Shown: in pieces, positions 27,493-38,011 of the stretch | Layout of the letters: each line of letters begins with the position of its first letter | Position numbering within the stretch: the stretch's first letter is position 1 | From: Phoronis australis | Lineage: Eukaryota > Animalia > Phoronida | Direction of reading: 5' to 3' | Assembly (NCBI GenBank): GCA_002633005.1 | Contig: NMRA01000099.1 | Location: forward strand, 699,633-763,632 | Length of the DNA stretch: 64,000 nt | Notes under the pieces: model-generated | What the model was told of the DNA's origin: nothing | Databases searched by the model: none | The model's input: the letters and a program-made list of their open reading frames with translations, nothing else | Position numbers and translations under genes: made by a program

Positions 27493-30400
27493 GTAAGCGT
27501 GTCACATATCTCTATTAATTAACCCTTCACCTGTTTCCATTGTAAATTGTTTGAATCAATACAAACAGCATACAGCATTTCATAAACGTAAGACATTTAG
27601 TTGGACAGCTTAACGGAAAGCTGAATTTACATCGGATGCCAGTACTAGGTGCAATACAGCATGGTGAGGTGAAACATTTGGTATCTTGTTCACAAACTAG
27701 TAAATGTTTTAGGTTATTAACGTTACAAGCAACTGAGTTTTGGAATGATGTTTATTCATTTAACTCAGGCATTATGAAAAATAAACTTTCAAATTCTTAA
27801 AGCTGTTAAGCTTCGACTAGTATGTCCATCTAGTGTCCAGTCAAGGAACCTTTCTACTTCCATTCAAACAGTCACAGTACTCTTGGCTCACAAAATGATG
27901 ACTTGCCTAAATTCCAATTTATTTAGTCCAATCTTATAATTTGTCAATTCTTCTCAAACCCAGGAACCAGACTTCCCAATTAGATACACCTACGTGGTCC
28001 AATTTATAAGTTAGTGTTCTGAAGTTGAAATCGATCAAATAAGATGGACTGAGTCCTTAAGAACTATAAATGTTAATGCTCTTTAATTTATTGACTAGTA
28101 ACATCCATCTGACTATCCAATAAACCTTCTTTTCTATGTAGCCAAGTCTTCTAAAAAGAAAGGACAGAAATGCAGCCGCAAGGACAGTGAAGGGGACGAC
28201 TTTTATGGTTTTCTGAGACCCAAATCAAACCGACCGCCACGAGTTGTAATAACTGTGAAATCCGACCATTTTGATGAGAAGGTAAGTAAATAGCAAATAG
28301 CACTACACATCTATCCACTGAACAGACAATTAATACCAAATACCCTTAATCTTTGCACAATACCTTTTGGTCAGCAGGTCTATATTGATTAGCTTGATTC
28401 TGCTTGATGTGATTATTATCTCCTTCATTATGGACTCTCCTGCTGTTTTACTGCAATAACAAGGTAGGCCGATGGCTCGTCCATTTACCACACAATATGG
28501 CGGACAAGTGGGATTCTATTTTGTCATATTTGTCAGCAATGGTTAGCATTTTTTTGCCAACAAAAAATGAAAAAGCAGGGCATATGGATCTAGGCCATAC
28601 CGCGAGTGGCAAATGTCCCCTGCAATATCAGTTATGCCAGTGAAATGTAGTGGGAAATAGGGGTAAATCGCGTGGAAAAGGACAGGTATCAGATAATAGG
28701 TCAATTTCGCCATGTGTGTCAAAAAGCAATACATTTTGATGATGTGGCAGAACATGGGACAAAGCTTCAAAAAGCGAGACAATCACGCCAAAAGCGAGAC
28801 AGGTGGCAAATATGGGTTTGTACTGTGCTGTCGTAGTCAACCAAAACTTTTGCATCAGTTTGCGCATTTCAAAAATTTAATCACTGTTTGAAAAATTGCA
28901 ATTAAAGTTATGTAAGACCATTAGAAAAATGTCCAAATTTAGTTTAGTTTGGAATATCCTATCTCAGAAATGGGATCGTTGGATTAAAATGAAACTTTCA
29001 GACTAGCTTTAAGCTGTGTTCTGCTAAACATTGATCATGTCATTAACACCATTGCTTTGCGATCAATGCACCTTTCTTTATTACTAAACACACTTTACTA
29101 AAAAGACATGGTTGGTCATGTGACCCACTAAATGGCAGATTGGAAAAAATGTGATGTGATCAAACATAAACTGTTGTTCAATTGAATAGAATTTGCTTGC
29201 TTAAATATCATCAATTTTGTCTTAGGATGATATTACACATCATTTAGTAATAAGAATGCATTTGAAAAAACAACTTTTATACGCCCACATTTACAGAGAG
29301 TGTATTTTTGTATTATTTGCATGAGGTATCATAATAAATTACCATTTTCACCAACCGACGAACCTTCCTATTAATTTCTGAAAATGGAGCTTCGCTCACA
29401 TACGTACAGGTTCATCAGGTGACATATGCAGAGGCGGATGCAGGATTTTGAGCTAGAGGGGGGCCAGGGCAGAGTATTAGCCAGGATTTTGCCCGTCAGA
29501 CATTCGCACCCCCGTACTGCCTAATGGAATCTGGGAGAATTTTAGGGGGGGGCCATGGCCCCCTTGGCCCCCCTCTAAATCCGCCACTGATATGCCAAAG
29601 GCACTACTAGTACATGGAGTAATGTAAGAGTCAAATAAAGCTGAGCACTTGTATTACTTGTCTGTTACTTTAGGATGAGTGTGAACCACTTCCCTTCAAC
29701 ACCAAAGGTCATGACACAATGGAGTCACTACTTGCCTTGGAGGTGGACAGTGTGCATTCTGGGTACAGCAGTATGACAGTGCCCTCTATGAGCAAGAGAA
29801 GCCAGCCCAGTCCGCGCTCCATAAGTGACTTAGAGGATTTGCTGGACAAGGCAAACAGCTTGAAACCAGCCAACATTCCCATGAAAGTAATGACAGGATA
29901 TAAACCCTCAACAACTTGGGAGGCTAAAGATGAAGTGGCTGTCGAGAAAGACATGATCGTTAATGCTTTGTATAAGCAAAATGATTGGGTGATGGTGCGT
30001 ACACCGCGACAACGCTCAGGGTTTGTACCCTATCCGTATGTGAAACCGTTGTGTCTAACCGATGGCGCAAACCTGAATCACACGCGGGATTTTGAACAAA
30101 AGCCTGAAGTCTACGACTCTATAACAGAAGCCCTGAACAAAAAAGAAAATGAACCCCAAAATGGGAAAATTGTTTACTTTAATGACAGTGAACGTTTTCA
30201 GTTGGATGAGAGGAAGTCAGGAGATGGAGAGTCTGATGAATCAAATCGATCTTGCGAAGATCCTTGGAGTTATGAAAACAGTAGTGAAGGAAATAGGTCA
30301 AGCATTCACGAAATGCCGTCTGAAGTTTGGATTAACGAGAAATTGTCTTCAAGTATTGAAAGTGTGCATAAGGAGAAATCAGACATTATTGGTCACCTAA

Positions 30401-31221
30401 ATCAGTCTACAGTGCCATCATGGGATAAAGTCAAAACCATGGACATTGACAAGTTATCTCCCATACCATACGAGGCTCAGTCAAGTACAGGTATAAACAG
30501 CGGAAATGGGGTGAATTCCTCACCTCATTCTATCACAAGCACGCCTCAGGGAAGCACCCTACCAGGCTATCATAAACACAAAGCGAGTCTCGTCCAACCA
30601 AAACCTGTAGACAATCAGTTAGCAAAGGCAACAATGGAATGGAAAGCGAGTTCTGTTCACAATGGTATTACCCTCCCAGGGAGTGTCACAAACACTCCAA
30701 AAATTATGAAAAAGCAGACACCATCTCCAAAAGGTGGGCCTGGTTACCTACTGTATTTACCTGAACTTGACGAGGTTAAGAAAACTATTGAAAAACTTGA
30801 AACTTTAAAACTGCAGTCAGAAACTCAGGTAAGCAAATCTTATGAGAAACTGAACAATAGCACAACAACCAGAGATCGCAAATTGTCAACAGAGCGCCAC
30901 TTAAACAATGGAAATGATGTCAGAGGCATGGAGGCCAGAACACGTGATCCAGTGATTTTCCAATCGAATATGAGCTTATCTAATCTCGGTGAAGATTCGG
31001 CATTTCCCAAAAATTACAATGGAGCACGCATGATGGTGCTTTATGACTACACGGCCATGACTGAAGATGATGTTAATGTGCGGCGTGGCGATGTAGTGAC
31101 ACTATTAAATGCCCAGGATGAGGACTGGATCTTTGTGCAAACTATCACAGAACTTGAGGGCTTCATTCCAAAGGCATACGCTGTCAATATGAATATTGAA
31201 AGTTGTATGGCCCGCATGTAG
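27438..31221 (+). CDS. SH3 domain-containing adaptor, Dlish/Vamana-like, 580 aa, two SH3 domains (gene model)
   Basis: join(27438..27492,28142..28281,29674..31221) = 1743 nt, phases 1 and 0, all GT-AG; in-frame TAG TGA upstream of the ATG. N-terminus MAHLC..KKK; SH3-1 VNALYKQNDWVMV...GFVPYPY; SH3-2 VLYDYTAMTEDDVNVRRGD...DW...GFIPKAYA. Confidence 0.85.
28142..28281 (+). CDS. Dlish-like coding exon 2 (AKSSKKKG...DHFDEK)
   Basis: Acceptor ttttctatgtag|, donor AAG|gtaagt, open frame, phase 1 to 0. Confidence 0.8.
28525..28814. mobile_element. MITE with short TIRs (hAT-like)
   Basis: CATATTTGTCAGC / GGTGGCAAATATG; subterminal aaaagcgagaca x2; no clear TSD. Confidence 0.45.
28902..29010 (+). mobile_element. 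TTAA-started (Kolobok-like) element fragment, homologous to 61452 onward
   Basis: ttaaagttatgtaagacc..agaaaaat...aaactttcag is shared with 61452-61545. Confidence 0.6.
29429..29589. mobile_element. MITE with 5-bp TSD
   Basis: TIR CAGAGGCGGAT / ATCCGCCACTG, G/C-run hairpin, ATATG duplicated on both sides. Confidence 0.85.
29674..31221 (+). CDS. Dlish-like terminal exon with both SH3 domains
   Basis: Acceptor gttactttag|GAT is in frame with the 500-aa ORF 29719-31221. Confidence 0.92.
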   Translation, partial: DECEPLPFNTKGHDTMESLLALEVDSVHSGYSSMTVPSMSKRSQPSPRSISDLEDLLDKANSLKPANIPMKVMTGYKPSTTWEAKDEVAVEKDMIVNALYKQNDWVMVRTPRQRSGFVPYPYVKPLCLTDGANLNHTRDFEQKPEVYDSITEALNKKENEPQNGKIVYFNDSERFQLDERKSGDGESDESNRSCEDPWSYENSSEGNRSSIHEMPSEVWINEKLSSSIESVHKEKSDIIGHLNQSTVPSWDKVKTMDIDKLSPIPYEAQSSTGINSGNGVNSSPHSITSTPQGSTLPGYHKHKASLVQPKPVDNQLAKATMEWKASSVHNGITLPGSVTNTPKIMKKQTPSPKGGPGYLLYLPELDEVKKTIEKLETLKLQSETQVSKSYEKLNNSTTTRDRKLSTERHLNNGNDVRGMEARTRDPVIFQSNMSLSNLGEDSAFPKNYNGARMMVLYDYTAMTEDDVNVRRGDVVTLLNAQDEDWIFVQTITELEGFIPKAYAVNMNIESCMARM

Positions 31222-33759
31222 GGTATGAAATTTTCTCATCCATCACAGTGACTAAAGCAAGAAAGATCTCTGCTTGAGACAGCGTTAATCCGGACTGGAT
31301 TTGAAATGTGACAAACAACATGGTATTCTCCCAGTGGAATGTGATTGATCTATTTTCGAGTCAAGTCGATGGAGTAAACTTTGGCAATCCCTAAGCCCGA
31401 GGTCTCCAGAAAATATATCTTGGATCAACTACCATAAAGTCACTATTGATATGCTCCAATGTGAACACAATAACTAACTGAATGATGTGATGTGCTAAGC
31501 CATCTTATTAATCTCAGTTACCTAATTTATTAATACGAGGTGTTTTGCTTTTGAGGCTAGAGGTTGTTATCAGCATGTATACCATTGGCCAATTGAAATG
31601 CAAGCTTCATAGGATAGATGAAAACTATTTACCTCGCTGTAGTCAGGTATGCTATGATGTCTTCACACACTTATGCGATATAAAATGTTTGTATAAAAAA
31701 CAAACTAGGCAATGACAAGTTCTCAACTATATGACAAATTTTAAATATTTATCACTTACAGTCAAATCATTGACAACGTGAATGAATTGACTTTGAGTTG
31801 TAATTTATTGAGTATATGAGCATGTTTTTGTAACTAATCTCAGGTTAAATTATATTTAATACGTAGCTCACTGATCTTGTAGATTCTTTTAGTTACGCAA
31901 ATGTAACACACCCAACACACTATACTGAAATTAATGACATGACACCCAACAAAAACCATTACATCAAGTGACAAAAGGTAACCGATCTTTTATTTTAAAT
32001 AGAACATTCAGAAGTAGCAGTCGCAAAGCAAACTAGATTTTTTTCTTATTTTACATCAACCATTAGGTACTTGTTAGATGATATTTGCTTTTACAGACAA
32101 TTCGAATTTTTAAATAATTTTATATAATTTGCATTGTGCAAAACTAAGAAACTCTCCAAGTCAAGTGAAGGGAATAGGCTCATAAACATACTACAGACTA
32201 AAAGTTGAAACCGCATTGGTTACAAATACCGCACAAAAAATGTAAAGTGCTTTTATTCAAGTCTATTTAACTGATACAATATAGATTACAATCAATGGTG
32301 TAATACTGTGTGACAAATGCATTAATAAGCTGGTCTTTCTAGTAGAGATGTGGACTTTGTAAGATTTGCAAATGATACCTTGCCAAGTTACACAGATTTG
32401 TCATAGTCAAATCCTTAGTAAATACTTCAGAGGTAAATCCTAAGGAAAGCTACAATTAAACAATTAATTTTAAATTTGTTTCTTGAAAACATGTTGTCTA
32501 ATCACAAAACCTAACACTGCATACCGATAAGAACTGATATTGTTAGACACCAATACAACAAGCTGGTATTTTTATCGGCAATACTGTTAACTTTGATCAC
32601 AACCAATTGTAAATTATTAATTGACTGAAACATTCTTCATGTGTTTGGGTCAACAGTCGGGTTCCAAGAATGATGTCATTGGTCTGGATGATGTCATTTG
32701 GGGTTTTGTTAGTGGCACCTGGTGTGATTCTCAAACAGCACAAATTACCCAGCATGTATGACTCGTGTTCAAAAACAACACCTGAACAACCATGGTATAC
32801 AATGAGCAACTAGGCTCATACAATGCTGACAAAATCAAAGGCCATTTACATACCAGACACAAAGCTGAAGAACAGCTGTTGACAAACTGTAAATATTAAA
32901 GAAAAATCTCACCTATTTAGGACACAATTATGGCCGACTAGTGAAATCTTACTTTTTAACTTTTTCATGAAAGAGCTATACAGTTATAGCATCAAATAAA
33001 CCCTTGATGATTTTTAAGCCCTGTGCCATAGCTGCCATTGACAAGACTGTGAAATTAAGGGCATTAACAACAATGCTAGACCGGTGAATTAAAAAATGAA
33101 AAAAGAATAATTTTGGCAATGATTTTTTACTTCAATTGGTGAGATTTTACCGTTATTTTTTGATAAAGCGGCAACATAACAAAATACGCCTCGTTGCTAG
33201 GTGGTGATAAAGTAGTAGGTGGACAGCATTCTACTTTGTACTATGGAGACTTAATGGGCCTTTCCAGCTTTTCATACATTCTTTATTATCGTCAGGTTAC
33301 CAAATTATCCCTTTTGTGTGTTGGGATATTCAAAATTCATTCATGTCAACTCGTCCCGTCTTGCAGACCACAATTGGAATCTGGGTCAAGCAATTTTAAT
33401 TACTTAAAAGACGCTTTCGTGCTGCCACATCACTAACGAATTGTACGTCAGTTGATTGATAACAAAAATATTCACCTAAAGTGTCAACCAACACCCATTT
33501 TCCATCAAAACCAACAGTGGTGAATGATCAATAGTTCAATTGTGATACCATGATTGCTATCTCATGTAGGATGTTAATTAGTGGCTGTTTAGTCATGGAC
33601 ATCTATTGTTGATGACCAATACAGAATATAGCGAATCACACTATAGTTAGTTACTGGTCACCAAAACCTTTAATTGATGCATAACACTTGGATGATGACA
33701 TTACGCATAATAATAATAATAATAATGATGAAGGTCATGATGATAAGAGACTGATTTTT

Positions 33760-33967
33760 GTTCATTAGCCCACCTCTAGAAATCAGTTTCACATTATATC
33801 CAGGTTCACAATTTCACACGCCTGCATCAGTCCATAACTAAGACTGAGCTAATAAGAGTTGGAGACACAGACACTCTTGTGCATTGCTTGAACATCTGTC
33901 AGTAATGTCAGGATTTGAACCTGCCTCACTCAAATGGAAGTCTGTATCTCAAACCACTGAGCTACAC
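33760..33967 (-). mobile_element. tRNA-derived SINE remnant
   Basis: On the - strand, A box TAGCTCAGTGG and B box GGTTCAAATCC followed by non-tRNA body sequence. Confidence 0.65.
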
Positions 33968-33977
33968 TGTCTACACT

Positions 33978-34330
33978 GATGGCGATGATAGATAAGAATG
34001 ATGATGCTGACAATACAGACAACGATAATGATAACGATAATGATAATACAGAGGACGTGATGATGATAATGATACCGAGACGGATGATGAACACAGAGAA
34101 TGACTTTGATGATAATACAAAGGATTTGATGACAATGATGATACTTACACTGATGACGATGACAATACGGACAACGTTAGTGACAATGACGCTAATACTG
34201 AGATTGATGATGACGTTGATGATGATAATCTCAGTATCATTATCATTATCACTATCACCACATCCTCTGTATTATCATGGCACTGATACCAAGAATGACG
34301 ACAATGATGATGACGATACAGAGAATGACT
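33978..34330. repeat. Degenerate (GAT/GAC/AAT)n microsatellite
   Basis: Trinucleotide-periodic tract; explains the spurious D/N/M-rich ORF. Confidence 0.9.
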
Positions 34331-35275
34331 AGCAAGATAAATACAATGATTACAACAACAATGTTGAGGAACAAATCATTTTGTGCTGGCAGATAACTCA
34401 CTCAAAGTTAATGTTCAATGTTGGCAGACTGCCTCAAGACACTGAATTAAGCAATCTAGCAACTTCTTACATAATAAATACATCTTCAAACAATGATATT
34501 TGCTCAGGTATTTACATGAAACTCTTTCCGTGTTGGCTTAATTAACTTACAGCTATGTTGAATCAATGCAATCTATTTGAGTCCATTAATGAGGAGTCAG
34601 TCCTAAATATTGCTAAATACATTTAGCCTGGAGACACAATGGATTTGTGGTTCAAATCAAACAGTGCCTCAAATGAGCAAACATTCAAAGATCAAATGAC
34701 TGCAGACACTGGTAGACAAAATGTGTTAATTAACAACTAGTCTAGCCAGTGTCTATATGGTTTTAATTGATAGCAAGGTCAATGAACAGTTGTTTTCAAA
34801 GAATTTAAAAACTTATAAGCATTTCAATAAAAATCAAGTGAATTAGTAAGGGAACACAGTAACAGAAAGATAAAAAATTGAGATGGTACATTTAGGTTTG
34901 TGTAAACCATTCATCTAATAAGCTGAATTTCTTTAAGCCATTGCAATGGATATATTCCAATACATTGCCATAATTTAGCACACAAAATAATTGTCAACAA
35001 ATGCCATTTTGCTTATTTTCTATAACCATGTCATTTTTCAAATGCAAAACTATTTCAGACAAGACAGGTGATAAGATAGCCAATATCATCAATTTTCTTT
35101 TTCACAACACTAAGCAACAGAATTGGTTCTAGCAGCAAGAAATTCAGCTGTTTATTAGAAACTGCAGTAACATGCAGACAACTGACTTGTGTAAAAAAGT
35201 TTACTTAAAAAACCCAATTAAAATTGCATTAAACCCCAAACAGGCTAGTTAAATGTGACCCAAATAAAGAACAGT

Positions 35276-35519
35276 GGCCCACTCAAATAAAACTGACTTA
35301 GCTAAGACAAATCTTAAATCAAAATTAATTTTAAGATAGAACTTCAATTTGTCCGTTCAAAGAAACTGATCTTCAGTTTGACTTGAGGTTTTTGCTTGAA
35401 GTTTTGTCTATGGTTGACAAGCTTACTGGATATGGAAGTTGCAAAGTTTGGAAGTTGAGAGAAATCTTAGAGGGCTATAAGTAAAAAAAGAATTTAAGTC
35501 AGTTTCTTGGAAGAGCCCC
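35276..35519. mobile_element. PIF/Harbinger-like MITE; related fragment at ~16279-16370
   Basis: ggccc...aaactgactta / taagtcagtttcttggaagagcccc inverted ends. Confidence 0.45.
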
Positions 35520-37582
35520 AGCACTGCAGCAGACACGACAAGCTGCAACATCATTAATTGGTGTTGGAAAGGTCATGACCCCTCATGATCTTTGACCCCA
35601 TGCAAATGATGTCTGGAATATATCAAAGTGCCATCCACACTATGAATTTCGCAATGACAAGTTACTCCTGGAACCAGTTGTTTCTAGATTTAGTATTAGT
35701 GTGGCTGCTATTTGCGCTGGGGTAGCTTGACACACGCGTGACAACTTACCCCAGTTGCTCTGGGATAACAAGACCCAAGCACAAACCTTCAAGGAGTAAT
35801 GCATTACCATCTACACACTAGCTCAGTTACATACACCTAAGAGTCTAATTCTTCTCGTGCTACATTTGTAGCGAGGTGTAGGAGTGTGTGGTAAGTTGCT
35901 CAGCTCACTGGCCGCAAGGCGCTCTGGGGCAAGTTGTTAGTACTAGACCAACTAATAGTGTGGACATGACGTAAGTGTGGGACCTACTAGTAATGTTATG
36001 TTGTTCATCTGTCTCTAGTAATACAATAAAACAGTCAATGAGTAAAAAATGTATTTTTGCATAACCTGAAGTACATCATATGTAGAAGTAGCCTCAAAAT
36101 CAAGGTACAAAAATACCATAAATCAACAGTTACTTAATGAGGACAAAAGTTTAATACCGCATGAACGCGTACTGATGCCCATGTGTTTGATCGAGGAATA
36201 TTTTTACTCAAGCAGTTTGGAGATCAACAAGGCAAAACTTCCACTGCTTCACTTATATGACATTTGTGTAAGTGACAATTAAATTATTTGCTTTTTTTAT
36301 CCATCCCTGGTACTTCTCGTTTTTACAATCAGTGTTAAATTGAATAATATACAAATTATATTGCCTACGATTGTGTGATAGAAAAGTCCAGTTTCAATAT
36401 TTTAAAAAATTTGCTCGTCAGTTTTACACAACTGTTTTGCATATCGACGCATGCGCTTGAATCCAAGTATAAGCAAAACTTGTAGGTGCATGGGCCTTAA
36501 CATGTGCATATACAGTACAATTAAAAACACAGTTAATCAAATGCAGCAGCTCAATAATTTATGAAATCAGCACCATTTTCTTGATTGACAAGTCAACACA
36601 GACAAGACATTGGCAATCTTGATGTTATAAATGCACCAGGGGAACTAGACACAAGGGTTTTTAATGACAATACAAGCCAGCCTACCAACTGCAAACCATG
36701 TATCTCAGCACAGAAAAAAATACACAGTTCACAAGCCATTCAATCGACAGCAGAGTTTTCCAGGATACAGTGCCTACGCTGTAGATTTCAGGAATCAGTT
36801 TGCATTTAATTTAGGATCCAATATGGGAAATCATCCTTTTCATTTCCATAAAGAAGAAAACCACAGTAACTGTTTCTCAACTTTTCATGAACACCCATGG
36901 AGTTTCTGTTACTTTGTAGACGATTCAAGATCGCAAGAACACCTGGCATATTCACACACAAACATTACTTCACGGGATGGTCACTGAGAGGCGTCAACCT
37001 GTCCACACTGCCAGTGTTCTTGGGAATTGAACCCAGAAACATCCGGTATGAACAGACGTGCGTATACATGGGCCCAAAATGGGGATTCCAAAAGAAAGAC
37101 CCATTCTGTCTGCAGATGGCAGATTGGACATCTGCTCCGCTGTCAAAAAAGTCACATGTGAGCACTCATCAGAAATCTGATCTGCCTCTAAATATGACAA
37201 CAAATCTGATTTCTTACCACGATTAAGCTACACTCCAATGGCGTAATTTTTGGGAAGACTCTGCTCTCCCACCTTTGTGAAGGTCAATTATAAGAAGCTC
37301 ATCTGCCTTCCGATCAGATATCGTGGAAGCCCTCTCATAAAAACTCTACATGTCAATTCTGCATACAATACACCTTATTCACGCACGTCACCATATTACA
37401 AAGAGCCTCCTTTTAGGTTGCATTCCACGACTAATCACAGAGCAAAGCGCGACTTTTTTTGCATGCCTCGTTATACTTGTGACTCAAATGCATTGTTTTT
37501 TTAAACATAAAACACTTTTTAAAAATGGAAGTTGCGTGAACAAGGTCTATACAAAGAAATTGTGAACTCCCCAAAACTTCAC

Positions 37583-37588
37583 TTTATT
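37583..37588 (-). terminator. Candidate SLF1 polyadenylation signal
   Basis: AATAAA on the - strand ~50 nt after the stop codon. Confidence 0.4.
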
Positions 37589-37634
37589 TAATGGAGGTAA
37601 AACATGCTACCTTCCACTGACCCACAATACCTGT

Positions 37635-38011
37635 TTACTCATTAAGCACATACGTCAGACACTTCATGTGACTAAACTTAGGCTTCAGTCCATTTTTTCG
37701 GTTCATGATGCGGTTCAGATGCATTTCAAAGCCTCGCACGTGACCGCATAACTCTTTCAACACTGACTTATCCTGGTCAGTCAACACTCTGCTGTTGTCA
37801 CGATCGTCACCGTGACAACAGCATACGTAGGCCACCAAGAGGTGATAGACAATGACTGCATACTTATGTCCTTCCTGTGTGTTCGTATGCTTACGGTCAT
37901 CTCCGCTACCCAGGACCCTAGCATAGACGTCTTCGCTGGGCAGGAATGCAAAGCAGCCGGAATCGTCTTGTAACGATGACTGTGACAGTTGGCTCTCGTT
38001 GAGGGAGAAGT
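37635..38011 (-). CDS. SLF1: SLF1 terminal exon 22 (DFSLNES...YVLNE*)
   Basis: Acceptor tctttttag in phase 1 within ORF 37635-38051; stop TAA. Confidence 0.85.

Noticed and set aside
33895-33967. tRNA gene (A and B boxes present)
   Set aside because: No convincing cloverleaf or acceptor stem, and it continues into a SINE-like body.
33979-34332. 117-aa D/N/M-rich ORF
   Set aside because: It is a translation of the GAT microsatellite.
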